From positions 88,714 to 152,713 of the forward strand of contig JBGARZ010000025.1 of the NCBI GenBank assembly GCA_044229975.1: a stretch of 64,000 nt of DNA, given 5' to 3'. The DNA is from Polyangiales bacterium. GTDB lineage: Bacteria; Myxococcota_A; Polyangia; Polyangiales; Ga0077539. Below the pieces are notes generated by a model. The model did not search any database and was not told the DNA's origin. It was given only the letters and a program-made list of their open reading frames with translations. Below, in pieces: positions 54,101-63,428 of this stretch (within the stretch, counting starts at the first letter, position 1; each line of letters starts with the position of its first letter). The translations under genes and the position numbers were made by a program.

Positions 54101-54375
54101 CCCTTGGAGAGCGCCTCGTGGGTGACGCCGAGGGCGTCAGCGGGCGAGAGGAGGAGGATCCAGAGGAAGTTGGTGGCGGCCTCGACGCGCTCGGCGCCGG
54201 GGGTGAGCACGAGGCCGTCGCCGCGCCAGAGGTTGCGCGCGTAGGCGAAGGAGATGCCCGCGTCGTCGACGGTGAAGTCCCACGTGCGCCCGACGTTGGC
54301 GCCGAAGAAGCACAGCACGGCGCCGAGCAACGCGAGCCATGGGAGGGTCGGGGCGAAGGCGCTCGGGCGGCGCAT
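51193..54375 (-). CDS. GT-C-fold membrane glycosyltransferase with large extracytoplasmic C-terminal extension
   Basis: DDAGISFAYARNL, SGLEN, TRPDG, FPNSFYTK, GDWMEEWRF and DLFGLGD; TPR-like helices and a terminal beta-sandwich follow. Confidence 0.75.
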   Translation of the reverse strand: MRRPSAFAPTLPWLALLGAVLCFFGANVGRTWDFTVDDAGISFAYARNLWRGDGLVLTPGAERVEAATNFLWILLLSPADALGVTHEALSKGLGLAFASFALCAIAAFPAVAYQRKPRYYDLVAPLVAATFAHSALWTTSGLENGLFQFLAAATVTALAWEEHDPERFPWSSVTLGLLFATRPDGALYAFAVAGARGFRIVMGKPRKQDLRWALTLGLMVGALELFRLAYFAWPFPNSFYTKKRTFDFGKDLTKFDSAGWVYVRQFVQTYGLTRALAVVPALLLALRAPVARLGLLLCVAVGLFFPIYSHGDWMEEWRFLTFVAPLLALAIAEAVRSLARVIVVAAPRSLRAPVAILLTPFALWLVLKETTHTYPGRFTTTRRHDTLEFSVVRGRARYFAAAARVLDLRNASVLDPDVGGMSYDSGLEVIDLFGLGDVAIARTHPQDEPGMREAIFHERRPTFVHLHGAWYAAVNLERLEELELSYFRLPGFISAEHDDASNYVRRDVLAAPWTEESHTGPLFSNGPSGRLDGYTLSARGIDPGAALRIEVSFAHGAEVNAGSLVAEPIGGGTRVSVAVHPAGDLVPASGFFPGERPWARARMVLGAPGRYEIRWRNDQTEATLGEVTVARGEARRELDQVSRSLDDLLRRGKLHDARRLVLALRIRALEETETDAQLLVARYARALAERSLTLASQSQFAMAYELAAQARRFGRNDPQTTAMVQRVAERMADRSRAAERGRQLDEAFSLARDAVMLDPRRSWMRRRAETLRAQRRNEYDGGREAAAYQNMAWALDNLPAAGEAHAEFDEALIMLGSIGRSAEAAAMIDRTGVVPLMPWARLVVARGYLARGEVEEAGRLAATVSCREAWDPTFAQAYATLAGRPHRAGEGDCARVGLVAPWTRSVAPFDLVEGSFESPRYTGWTATGTAFNLGPVHDLPAGQTFVNGWRGQRYATSFNRAGDAAVGTLRSREFTITTDAISFLIGGGSHVEEQGVRLMVNGEAVRRTGGPDNEGLKREFWDVRPWRGRRATIEIYDNATGAWGHVMADDFLLEPIFPHN

Positions 54376-54431
54376 GGGGCGCGGAACCTACAAGCAACAG
54401 GCCACGCTGTCGCGCGTGACGGAGGCCATCG

Positions 54432-55427
54432 TCACTCGCCGACCTCGCGGAAGATGCGGCCGAGCGGCATGGAGGTGAGCGCGTCGCAGCGGACCTCGAA
54501 GGGGCGCGCCTGGAGGTAGGCCGCGAAGATGGGTCCGTCGTCGGGCCAGAGGCCCGGGTCGAGGGCGAGGCTCACGAAGGGGCGCAGGGCCGCCGGGAGT
54601 CTGGGGATGATGGCGTCGGTCTTCTGGCGGGCGACGCGGAGCACCTCGCGCTTGGCGTCGATGCCCACGTTGCGGTCGGCCATGCGGACGACCTCGGCGT
54701 GCCCCCACGGGCGCTCACCCGTCCACGCCTGCGCGGTCATCAGCGCGAGGGCGACGAGGTCACGGTGACGGAGAAACATCCGCCGGTCGCGCGGGTCGGC
54801 GCTCTCCACCAGCGGGGTGGAGACGAGGAAGTTGAGGTGGTTCCAGTCGGGGGTGACGAGGTCGAGGCCGACGGGGAGGGGGTCGATGAGCATGACGCCG
54901 CCCTCCTCCAGGAAGACGACGTTTTCGGGCTTCAGGTCGCCGTGCGGCCAGTGCTGGTCGTGCAGGTGCTGAAGCTCTTCGGCGAGCTTCGAGACGTCCT
55001 TGCGCGAGGTCGGGTCGAGCGCGCGGCCCTTGAGCAGGGGCATCACCGAGGCCTGCCGACCGTCGAGCGAGAGCTGCGTCGTGACGCTGATGAGCGACGG
55101 GTGGGTCACCTCGCGGAGCCGGTGGACCTCGCCGAGCAGCACGCGGTTGCAGCGGCCGAGCTCCGTGGGCGGGACGAAGAGGGGACCGCTGCCGTCGTCG
55201 CCCAGCTTCGGCGCGCGGAGTCGGTGGAGGGTCTTCTCGCCGAGCGTTCCGTCGTGGTCGGGGGTGTTGGGCCAGGCGACCTTCACGGCGACGGTCTTGG
55301 ACTCGTGGATGGCGGCAAACACCACCCCGACGCCGCCTCGACCGAGAACCGCGTCGACCGTGTAGCCACGCACGTCGAGCGCGCTGATGGCGTCGATGTA
55401 CTCGCTGGAGATCACTCGGTGAGCCAC
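54432..55427 (-). CDS. Ser/Thr protein kinase-like protein
   Basis: LGRGGVGVV, VAVK, HGDLKPEN; DFG replaced by DPL. Confidence 0.75.
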   Translation of the reverse strand: MAHRVISSEYIDAISALDVRGYTVDAVLGRGGVGVVFAAIHESKTVAVKVAWPNTPDHDGTLGEKTLHRLRAPKLGDDGSGPLFVPPTELGRCNRVLLGEVHRLREVTHPSLISVTTQLSLDGRQASVMPLLKGRALDPTSRKDVSKLAEELQHLHDQHWPHGDLKPENVVFLEEGGVMLIDPLPVGLDLVTPDWNHLNFLVSTPLVESADPRDRRMFLRHRDLVALALMTAQAWTGERPWGHAEVVRMADRNVGIDAKREVLRVARQKTDAIIPRLPAALRPFVSLALDPGLWPDDGPIFAAYLQARPFEVRCDALTSMPLGRIFREVGE

Positions 55428-55496
55428 GGCCCGCGAGTGTAACGGGGTGTCCCGGGGGATTGGCCAACAATCGTCGAGTGTGGGGACTGAGGGCGG

Positions 55497-56774
55497 TCAG
55501 AGCCCCGCGGTCTCTTCGAGCTCGCGCCCGCGCGTCTCGGGCAGCAGCGCCAGGATGAGCCCGAGCGCCAGCAGCGGGAAGATCGCCGTCGCCCCGACGG
55601 TGGGACCGAACCCGTACCGGTCGGCGAAGTAGCCGATGGCGGGCGGCGAGAGCACGTACCCGATGCGACCGAGCAGGTTGTTGGACCACGCGAAGGCGTC
55701 GGCCCGCTGCTCGGTCGGGAAGAGCTCGGTGGTGTACGCGTTGAGCACCGGCAGGAAGGCGCTCGCGCCGAACACCGTCACCATGAGCGCGAAGGTCAGC
55801 GCCGTGCGGTCGTGCAGGGTGTACCCCGCGAAGACGCCGAGGGAGAGCGTTCCGAAGATGACCACCGCGCCGCGCCGACGGCCGATCACGTCGAGCAGGC
55901 GCCCGGCCAGGAACACCAACGGCATCGAGGCGAGCGCCGCGATGGTGATGGTCGCGCCCACCTGCTTGTCGGTGAAGCCTCGCTCGGCGATGGCGAACTC
56001 CTTCCAGAAGGTGATCGCGTTCTGCGTGCACAGGTACGAGAGAAACCAGATCACGGCCATCTGGAGGATGCGCTTGAGGTGCTTCGTCTTGAGCACCGCG
56101 ACGAGGTCGCCCTGCTCGATGGAGGTTCCCTTCGCGCGGGCCTCCTCGAAGCGCCGCGTCTCCTTCAATCCGCGCCGCGCGTACGCGACGATCATCAGCG
56201 GGACGGCGCCCGCGATGAACACCGTGCGCCACCCGAGCGGGCTCTTCAGCATCAGCGGGACGAGGCCCGCGCAGACGATGCCGCCGAGCGACGAGCACGC
56301 CTGGAGGATGCCGATGGCCGAGCCTCGCCGCGCCGCCGGAAACTCCTCGGCCGCGTAGACCATGGCGATGGTCCACTCGCCGATGAGGAAGACGCGGGCG
56401 ACGCACTGGAGCACCGCGAAGATCACCGCGTTGGGCGCCGCCGCGGAGGCGAGCGTGAAGAGCGTGTACCCGACGATGGTGGCCGACAGCACCTTCTTGC
56501 GACCGACCCGATCGGCCACGCGGATGAGCAGGAACGCCAGCACCGTCCCGAGGTTGATGAGCGCCAGCATCACCCCGCCCTCGGTGCGCGTGAGGTGGAA
56601 GTCCGCGCGGATATTGGGCAGCAGCTGCGCGATGGCGAACATGTCGTAGCCCTCGAAGAAGGTCGCGACGCTCAGGAAGATCAGCAGCTTGCGGAGGTAC
56701 GCCGGGTCGGGCGCGGGCGCGGCGTCGGTGCGGAAGGGCGTGTCGCTCGTCTCAGTGGTCGGCAGGGCGCTCAT
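55497..56774 (-). CDS. MFS transporter
   Basis: About 12 TMs; ADRVGRK, EEFPAARRG, ELFPTEQR, PETRG. Confidence 0.92.
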   Translation of the reverse strand: MSALPTTETSDTPFRTDAAPAPDPAYLRKLLIFLSVATFFEGYDMFAIAQLLPNIRADFHLTRTEGGVMLALINLGTVLAFLLIRVADRVGRKKVLSATIVGYTLFTLASAAAPNAVIFAVLQCVARVFLIGEWTIAMVYAAEEFPAARRGSAIGILQACSSLGGIVCAGLVPLMLKSPLGWRTVFIAGAVPLMIVAYARRGLKETRRFEEARAKGTSIEQGDLVAVLKTKHLKRILQMAVIWFLSYLCTQNAITFWKEFAIAERGFTDKQVGATITIAALASMPLVFLAGRLLDVIGRRRGAVVIFGTLSLGVFAGYTLHDRTALTFALMVTVFGASAFLPVLNAYTTELFPTEQRADAFAWSNNLLGRIGYVLSPPAIGYFADRYGFGPTVGATAIFPLLALGLILALLPETRGRELEETAGL

Positions 56775-56803
56775 CGGGCGCGGAGTCTCTCACGCTCGCG
56801 GAC

Positions 56804-57364
56804 TCAACGACGGCGCGATGGGAGCATCGCGGCGAGCTCACGGGCGAAGGCGTTGTCGGGCGTGACGGTGGTGCGGTCGTCGGAGACCGTCCAGCGGGCG
56901 TCCTTCGCGGCTCGACCCTCGCGAGCGTGAAACACCACCACGCAGCCGGTGCCCGCGTCGCCGACTCCGTCGGCGGTCCACCCGTTGGGGGTGAAGCGGC
57001 GGCTGCGCGCGCGGTCGGCGTAGGCCAGCAGCGCCTCGGTGTTGGTCAGGTGAAATGACCCGCGCCACTCCTGCACCAGCGCCACGTCGCTCACCCGGCA
57101 CCCGGCCCCGATGGCGGCCTGCTGCGATGGGGTGACGGCCAGCATCGGGGCGTCGCGTCCGGTGAGCGCGCTCGCGTTGAGCCGCGTGGTGTTGGGCGTC
57201 TCCGAGGGGCGCGAGAAGGGGTTGTCGGGCATCCACGACAGGATCACCGCCACGCCCGCGACCAGCACCCCGAAGCCCACCACGGCGTACCAGGCCTGGG
57301 CGCGTTGCTTCTGTTCCTGGCGCTCGTACTCGGTGGGGGCCGACATCGCGGCGCATGGTGACAC
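56804..57364 (-). CDS. Hypothetical membrane-anchored protein
   Basis: Single N-terminal TM segment; GC3-rich ORF. Confidence 0.6.
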   Translation of the reverse strand: MSPCAAMSAPTEYERQEQKQRAQAWYAVVGFGVLVAGVAVILSWMPDNPFSRPSETPNTTRLNASALTGRDAPMLAVTPSQQAAIGAGCRVSDVALVQEWRGSFHLTNTEALLAYADRARSRRFTPNGWTADGVGDAGTGCVVVFHAREGRAAKDARWTVSDDRTTVTPDNAFARELAAMLPSRRR

Positions 57365-57430
57365 GAAGACCGCGCTCCCCGTGCGCAGTCGTCACGTCGA
57401 CACCCATACCCGGTGCGGTATACCGCCCGG

Positions 57431-59209
57431 GTGAGCAACCCCGCGCCTTCCACCCCTCGCTGGAACCTCTCCGACCTCTACACCTCCGTCGCCGACCCCG
57501 CCCTCGATCGGGACCTTGACGCCGCGCTGCGCCTCGCCACCGAGGTCGGTGCGACCTACCGCGATCGCGTCGCCGCGCTCTCGGGCCCTGAGCTCGCCGA
57601 GATGCTGCGCGCCTACGAGGGTGCTCTCGCGGTGATCTACCGCCCGCAGATGTTCGCCAACCTCACCCTCTCCACCGACGCGCTCGACGAGCCCACTCGC
57701 GCGCTCAACGGTCGCGTCGGCGAGCGTTCCAACCAGGCCTTCAGCCAGCTCCGCTTCATCGACATCGAGCTCGGTCGCGCGTCCGCCGACGTGCACGACC
57801 GCTGGGCCGCCGAGCCCTCGCTCGCGACCTACGGCCACCACCTCGCGCGCGTCCGCGCCGCTGCGCCCCACACCCTCGCGGCGCCCGTCGAAGACGCCCT
57901 CTCCACCAAAGACCTCACCGGACGCCGCGCCTGGACCCAGCTCTACGACGAGCTCCTCGCGGGCTGGCGCTTCTCGCTGGAAGTCCGCGGCGAGGCCCGC
58001 TCGCTCACCCTCGCCGACGTGCGCTCGCTGCGCGAAGACCCCGACCGCGAAGTTCGTCGCAGCGCGACCGCCGCCATCCAACGGCAGCTCGCCGAGAGCG
58101 CCCCCACGCTCGGCTTCATCGTCAACACCCTCTACCAAGACCACCGCCTCGAAAACACCCTCCGCGGATACAGCGACCCGGTCGCTCCGACCATGCTCGA
58201 CGACGAGCTCTCGCGGCCCGTGCTCGACGCGCTGATGACCGCCGTCGAGGCCCACTACCCCGTCGCGCAGCGGTACTTCCGCTGGAAGGCCGCCAACCTC
58301 GGGCTGCCGGTGTTGGAGAGTCACGACGTGCTCGCGCCGCAGCCCGACGGCGACCGCGAGGCGTCGTGGGAGACCGCGCGCGCCGAGGTGCTGCGGGCCT
58401 TCGGCGACCTCGATCCGTCGGTGGCCGAGCTCGCGGGGAAGTTCTTCACCGAGGGGCGCATCGACGCCGAGTCGCGCGCGGGCAAGCGGGACGGGGCGTT
58501 CTGCGCGGGGATGATTCCGGGGGTCGCGCCGCGGGTGCTGGTCAACCACCAGGGGCGGATGCGGGACGTGTTCACGTTGGCGCACGAGCTCGGGCACGGG
58601 GTGCACTTCGCGCTCGCGGGCGGACAGTCCCTGCTCAACTACTGGCCGACGAGCCCGATGGCGGAGACGGCGAGCGTGTTTGGTGAGCTGGTGCTGGGAC
58701 GCAACCTGCTGGCCCACGAGACCGACCCGGCGGCCCGCCGGGCGATGCGCGCCGCGCGCGTTGAAGAGGCGCTCGGGACCATCCATCGGCAGGTGGCGTT
58801 CACGCGGTACGAGCTGCGCACCCATGAAGCGCGCGCCCATGGCGTGCTGCCCGTCGACGACATCTCGGCCATCTGGACCGGGGAGATGGACCGCCTCTAC
58901 GGCGACGCGGTGCTGCGGACGGAGCGCGATCGCTTTGGGTGGGGCGCGATTCCCCACCTCGTTCACTACCGCTTCTATTGCTACTCGTATGCGTTCGGTC
59001 AGCTGCTGGTGTTTGCGCTCTACGACCTGTGGGAGCGCGAGGGCGCGGCCTTCGTCCCGAAGTACCTGCGGCTGCTCGCGAGCGGCGGGCGCGACCGCCC
59101 CGAGGCGTTGCTGTCCGAGCTCGGGTTGGACGTGCGCGACCCGGCGTTCTGGTCGCGCGGTCTCGCGGTGGTGACGCGCATGGTCGACGACCTCACGGCG
59201 GGCGGGTGA
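57431..59209 (+). CDS. pepF: M3B oligoendopeptidase F
   Basis: RWNLSDLY, GKRDGAFC, TLAHELGHGVH, AETASVFGE, IPH...FYCYSYAFG. Confidence 0.92.
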   Translation: MSNPAPSTPRWNLSDLYTSVADPALDRDLDAALRLATEVGATYRDRVAALSGPELAEMLRAYEGALAVIYRPQMFANLTLSTDALDEPTRALNGRVGERSNQAFSQLRFIDIELGRASADVHDRWAAEPSLATYGHHLARVRAAAPHTLAAPVEDALSTKDLTGRRAWTQLYDELLAGWRFSLEVRGEARSLTLADVRSLREDPDREVRRSATAAIQRQLAESAPTLGFIVNTLYQDHRLENTLRGYSDPVAPTMLDDELSRPVLDALMTAVEAHYPVAQRYFRWKAANLGLPVLESHDVLAPQPDGDREASWETARAEVLRAFGDLDPSVAELAGKFFTEGRIDAESRAGKRDGAFCAGMIPGVAPRVLVNHQGRMRDVFTLAHELGHGVHFALAGGQSLLNYWPTSPMAETASVFGELVLGRNLLAHETDPAARRAMRAARVEEALGTIHRQVAFTRYELRTHEARAHGVLPVDDISAIWTGEMDRLYGDAVLRTERDRFGWGAIPHLVHYRFYCYSYAFGQLLVFALYDLWEREGAAFVPKYLRLLASGGRDRPEALLSELGLDVRDPAFWSRGLAVVTRMVDDLTAGG

Positions 59210-59248
59210 TGACTCCGCGGCGCGGATGGTCTATGTCCGCGCCGTAAA

Positions 59249-60730
59249 ATGGAGACCTCCAACGTGGTGCAAAACGGCGTGCAGGACGGCGACAAGCCGG
59301 TGATCGTGGCGACGCGCGAGGACGACGCGTGGCGCGCGTACTTCGAGCGCAGCGCGCGTGAGGAGCCGCGCTTCGGGCTCGGCGTCCGCTACCTGCGCAA
59401 CGACGTGGCCGAGACCATGGCGCGGGCGATCCCCAAGGACGCGCGGGTGCTGGAGGTCGGCTCCGGTCCGGGCGCGACGCTCGCGAAGCTGCCCAACGCG
59501 GTTCGTCACGGCGTCGACCGCACGCCCGACGCCATCGCCAACGCGCAGCGCCGCCACCCCGAGCTGCACCTGCGCGAAGACGACGCGCTCACGATGCGTC
59601 TGCCCGAGCGCTACGACGCGATCATCTGCGATCGCCTCGTGCACCAGGTGCCGGACATCCAGCGGCTGCTGGAGAACCTCTCGCGCCACCTCGCGCCGGG
59701 CGGTCGGGTGTTCCTCACCTGTTACAACTATCTGTGGGAGCTGGCGCTGCGCGCGGGCGAGGTGGCGGGCTTCAAGATCCCGACGCCGGCCGCCAACTGG
59801 CTGAGCGAGTCCGACCTCCAGAACCTCTTCGACATCGCCGGTCTCGAGGTCGTGAAGCTCGAAGACCGCGTGCTGCTCCCGCTGCCCATCCCCGGCGTCG
59901 CGGGGCTGCTCAACAAGTACGTCTCGAAGCTGCCGGTGGTGCGCAGCGCGTCGATGTACCGGCTGTACGTGCTGCGTCGGCGCGGCGAGGCGGTGGTGCC
60001 GACGCCCGAGCCGAAGGTCACCGTGGTGGTCCCGGCGCGCAACGAGGCGGGCAACATCCCGAAGATCATCGAGCGCACGCCGGTGATGGGTGGTGAGACC
60101 GAGCTGATCTTCGTCGAGGGCGGCAGCTCCGACGACACGCGCGGCGCCATCGAGCGCGCCATCGCGGCGTACGACGGGCCGCTGAAGATCTCGGTGTACG
60201 GGCAGACGGGCAAGGGGAAGGGCGACGCGGTGCGCGTGGGCTTCCGTGAGGCCACCGGCGACATCCTGATGATCCTCGACGCGGACATGACGGTGCCGCC
60301 GGAGGAGCTGCCGAAGTTCTTCGACGTGATGGTGAAGGGGCAGAGCGACTACGTGCAGGGCACGCGGCTCGTGTACCCGATGGAAGCGGAGGCGATGCGC
60401 TTCCTCAACAAGCTGGGCAACATCGGCTTCAGCAAGCTGTTCACGTACCTGCTCAACCAGCCGCTCAAGGACACGCTCTGCGGCACCAAGGTGCTGTGGG
60501 CGCAGGACTACGAGCGCCTCGCGGCCAACCGCGCGTACTTCGGCGACTTCGATCCCTTCGGTGACTTCGACCTCATCTTCGGGGCGTCGAAGCTCAACCT
60601 GAAGATCCTCGAGATCCCGATCCGCTACCGCGATCGGACGTACGGCGAGACCAACATCTCGCGCTTCCGCCACGGCTGGCTGCTCCTGCAGATGTCCGCC
60701 GTCGCGGCGACCAAGCTCAAGTTCACCTGA
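59249..60730 (+). CDS. Class I SAM methyltransferase-like domain fused to a GT2 glycosyltransferase
   Basis: VLEVGSGPG; VVVPARNE, GKGDAVRVGF, ILDADM, DTLCGTK. Confidence 0.88.
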   Translation: METSNVVQNGVQDGDKPVIVATREDDAWRAYFERSAREEPRFGLGVRYLRNDVAETMARAIPKDARVLEVGSGPGATLAKLPNAVRHGVDRTPDAIANAQRRHPELHLREDDALTMRLPERYDAIICDRLVHQVPDIQRLLENLSRHLAPGGRVFLTCYNYLWELALRAGEVAGFKIPTPAANWLSESDLQNLFDIAGLEVVKLEDRVLLPLPIPGVAGLLNKYVSKLPVVRSASMYRLYVLRRRGEAVVPTPEPKVTVVVPARNEAGNIPKIIERTPVMGGETELIFVEGGSSDDTRGAIERAIAAYDGPLKISVYGQTGKGKGDAVRVGFREATGDILMILDADMTVPPEELPKFFDVMVKGQSDYVQGTRLVYPMEAEAMRFLNKLGNIGFSKLFTYLLNQPLKDTLCGTKVLWAQDYERLAANRAYFGDFDPFGDFDLIFGASKLNLKILEIPIRYRDRTYGETNISRFRHGWLLLQMSAVAATKLKFT

Positions 60731-61319
60731 GACCGGCGACGCCCCGCTGGCGCCAGCGCCAGGGGAGGGCGACGTCTTCGGGGCGGCCGACCACGCCGAT
60801 GCGCGGTGACGTGAGCACGTCGGCGTCGGCGATAGGTGCGCCCGCGAGGACGGCGATGCGGTCGGACGTGGTGGCGTCGAGGCCGTCCCAGGAGCGGTCG
60901 ATGCCGAGGGCGCGGCAGAGGCTGCCGGGGCCGTTGCAGAGGCGCGCGTCGGGGGCCTTGGTGCCGCGGCGTGCGCGCATGAGGGCGAGGCCCTCGGTTG
61001 GCACGAGCGCGCGGATGAGCACCGCGCAGCCGGAGTCGGGAGCCTCGCCGACGAGGTTCACGCAGTGGTGCATGCCGTAGACGAAGTAGACGTAGACGGT
61101 TCCGGGCGGGCCGAACATCGAGGCGTTGCGAGGGGTGCGGCCGCCGAACGTGTGGCAGCAGGACTCTTCGCGGCGGTAGGCCTCGGTCTCGACAATGACG
61201 CCGGCAGTGGGCCCGTCGGGGGTAACGGTGCGGAGGACGCGGCCGAGGAGGTCGCGGGCGAGCACGCGGACGTCGCGGGCGAAGAAGTCGGGCGGGAGGC
61301 GGGCGTCCACGATGCTCAT
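60723..61319 (-). CDS. mpg: DNA-3-methyladenine glycosylase (MPG/AAG family)
   Basis: IVETEAY, VYVYFVYGMHHCVN, AVLIRA, NGPGSLCRALGI, PRIGV. Confidence 0.93.
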   Translation of the reverse strand: MSIVDARLPPDFFARDVRVLARDLLGRVLRTVTPDGPTAGVIVETEAYRREESCCHTFGGRTPRNASMFGPPGTVYVYFVYGMHHCVNLVGEAPDSGCAVLIRALVPTEGLALMRARRGTKAPDARLCNGPGSLCRALGIDRSWDGLDATTSDRIAVLAGAPIADADVLTSPRIGVVGRPEDVALPWRWRQRGVAGLR

Positions 61320-62008
61320 CGCGGGACTCGCTCCACGCTCCAGCCCTCGTCGCCTTCATGGAAGTAGGCGGCGCGGTCGCTCGCGAGGCAGCGGCTCGTC
61401 TCCACCGGGCACGCCAGCACCCGGAACGTCGCCACGTCCGCGCCCACCACCGGACCCTCGCGGTACACGCGACGCGTGTCGGCGAGGAAGTGCATCCCGA
61501 GTGGGCGCAGCGTGCGTGGGTCCTCGACCCGCATGCGCGCGAGCGACCATCCTGGTCCGCCCCGTTCGCCGACGGACATCGGCTGCCAGTGGTAGACGTC
61601 GCGGCCGATCACCAGCAGGCGCTCGGTCCAGAAGCCGCAGCCCGGCGTGAGCTCCCACACCTCGGCGCCGCTCGCGGCGGGCAACGGCCGACTGCATCCC
61701 ACGACGGCTGGGTCGCACTGAAACGCGCCGCCCGCGAGACGCAGCCCGACCTCACGCGAGACCTCGCCTGCGAGCGCTCGGCGACGCACGACGCGGCAGT
61801 CTGTGTACGCGGGACAGTCGCACGTCGACCCGCCGTCGACGGCGGGTGCGAGGTCGGGCATCGGCGGCGGGGGAGGGACGTCGACCGCGACCACATCGAT
61901 CGCGACCGGGACGTCGACCACGACGCGCGGTGTGGGCTCGCGACGACGCGGCGTCGAACACGCCGATGACAGCAGAGCGACCGCCACCGTGATGCGCGCG
62001 ACGCTCAT
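61316..62008 (-). CDS. Lipoprotein with DKNYY-like repeats
   Basis: SSAC lipobox; DPRTLRPL...ADTRRVY and DVATFRVL...SDRAAYF. Confidence 0.55.
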   Translation of the reverse strand: MSVARITVAVALLSSACSTPRRREPTPRVVVDVPVAIDVVAVDVPPPPPMPDLAPAVDGGSTCDCPAYTDCRVVRRRALAGEVSREVGLRLAGGAFQCDPAVVGCSRPLPAASGAEVWELTPGCGFWTERLLVIGRDVYHWQPMSVGERGGPGWSLARMRVEDPRTLRPLGMHFLADTRRVYREGPVVGADVATFRVLACPVETSRCLASDRAAYFHEGDEGWSVERVPR

Positions 62009-62868
62009 CGACTGCCGCCCTCGGTGGCGCTGCGACACGCGGCGGCGTAGCGCGCAGGGCTCTGCCCGACGACGCCGGTGAAGTCGCGCGTGAAGTGCGC
62101 CTGGTCGAAGTACCCGAGGCGAGCGGCCATGTCGGCGATGGGCTCGTCGGTTCCGCGCGCGATGGCGCCCGCAGCCTCGTGCAGGCGGTGGTGACGCAGC
62201 ACCCACTTGGGGCTCGCGCCGACGCAGTCGCGGAAGAGGCGTTGCAGTGTTCGCACAGAGAGGCCCACCGACATCGCGAGGTGCTCGACGGACGTCAGCG
62301 CGGGGTCGCCTTCCAGCGCAGCGAGCACGCGCATCACCTCGCCGTGCGCCGTCCCCTCGGGGCGTCGCGCGTGGGCGCGGAGGAAGTCCTCCACCCGTCG
62401 CAGGCGCGTGGCGTCGGTGTCGTCCGCGAAGCCCTCGGTGAGCTCGCGCGCCGCGGGGTACAGCCCATCGAGCGCCTCACCGCGGTTGGCCCACGCCGTC
62501 GCGGGTGCACCCGTCAGGAGGAAGCCAGCGCCCGGTCGAAACTTCGTCCCGAAGATGCGCCCCGTCCCTGAGAGCGTGTGCGACCAGCGGCGCGTGCTCA
62601 GCCCGTAGAGGCGAAAGCCGCTGCCCTCGAAGGTCATGTTGGCCGACGGCTGCGGGAGCACCTCCTGCTGGTGCGGCGGCGCGTCGCGGAGGTCCCACGA
62701 GATGAGCCAGTGGTTGTCGACGAGGTGCGCGAGGTCGTCGGCGGGGAGCGCGCGCCCGAGTCGAAAGCGCTGCGACGCGGCCTGCGGGTACACGAGGCGC
62801 TTCAGGCTCAGCGCGTCGAGCGCGTCGGTGGGCTTCGTCGTCGTCGGTCGCGTTTGTCCAATACCCAC
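62005..62868 (-). CDS. AraC family transcriptional regulator
   Basis: LSVRTLQRLFRDCVGASPKW...LGYFDQAHFTRDFTGVVGQSPARY; start uncertain. Confidence 0.9.
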   Translation of the reverse strand: MGIGQTRPTTTKPTDALDALSLKRLVYPQAASQRFRLGRALPADDLAHLVDNHWLISWDLRDAPPHQQEVLPQPSANMTFEGSGFRLYGLSTRRWSHTLSGTGRIFGTKFRPGAGFLLTGAPATAWANRGEALDGLYPAARELTEGFADDTDATRLRRVEDFLRAHARRPEGTAHGEVMRVLAALEGDPALTSVEHLAMSVGLSVRTLQRLFRDCVGASPKWVLRHHRLHEAAGAIARGTDEPIADMAARLGYFDQAHFTRDFTGVVGQSPARYAAACRSATEGGSR

Positions 62869-62938
62869 GGGGAGGGGGGCGGTTATCCGTCGGGCGGTCG
62901 CGCCATCGCAAGCGTGCGTGACCGAGGAGGACAATCCC

Positions 62939-63424
62939 ATGTCGAGCGTTTCCACCATTCCCGAGCAGCACATGCCGGTGGTTCCGTCGGTGATCGTCAA
63001 CGGCGGCGCCGAGGCCATCGCCTTCTACGAGCGCGCCTTCGGGGCCCGCTGCATCAGCCGCATGGACGGCCCCGATGGCGTGGTCTTCCACGCCGAGCTC
63101 GTCATCGGGAGGGGCCTGGTCTTCGTGGCCGACGAGTACCCGTCGATGAGGCTGCGGTCTCCGAAGAGTCTCGGGGGCAACACCGGGTCGTACACGGTGT
63201 ACGTCGACGATCCCGATGCGGCGCACGCGCGGGCGGTGGGCGCGGGGGCGACGTCGGCGGAGGCCGTGAGTGATGGGTTCCACGGGTTTCGGAGCGGCGT
63301 GGTGACGTGCCCGTTTGGGCACCGGTGGATTTTGGCGCGGCAGCTGGAGGTGCTGACGACGGAGGAGATCACGCGGCGCATGAACGAGTGGATGGCCAGC
63401 CAGTCGGGCGCGGCGACGGAGTAG
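62939..63424 (+). CDS. VOC/glyoxalase (PhnB-like) protein
   Basis: GGAGG RBS; AIAFYERAFGA, HAELVIG, CPFGHRW. Confidence 0.88.
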   Translation: MSSVSTIPEQHMPVVPSVIVNGGAEAIAFYERAFGARCISRMDGPDGVVFHAELVIGRGLVFVADEYPSMRLRSPKSLGGNTGSYTVYVDDPDAAHARAVGAGATSAEAVSDGFHGFRSGVVTCPFGHRWILARQLEVLTTEEITRRMNEWMASQSGAATE

Positions 63425-63428
63425 CGCT

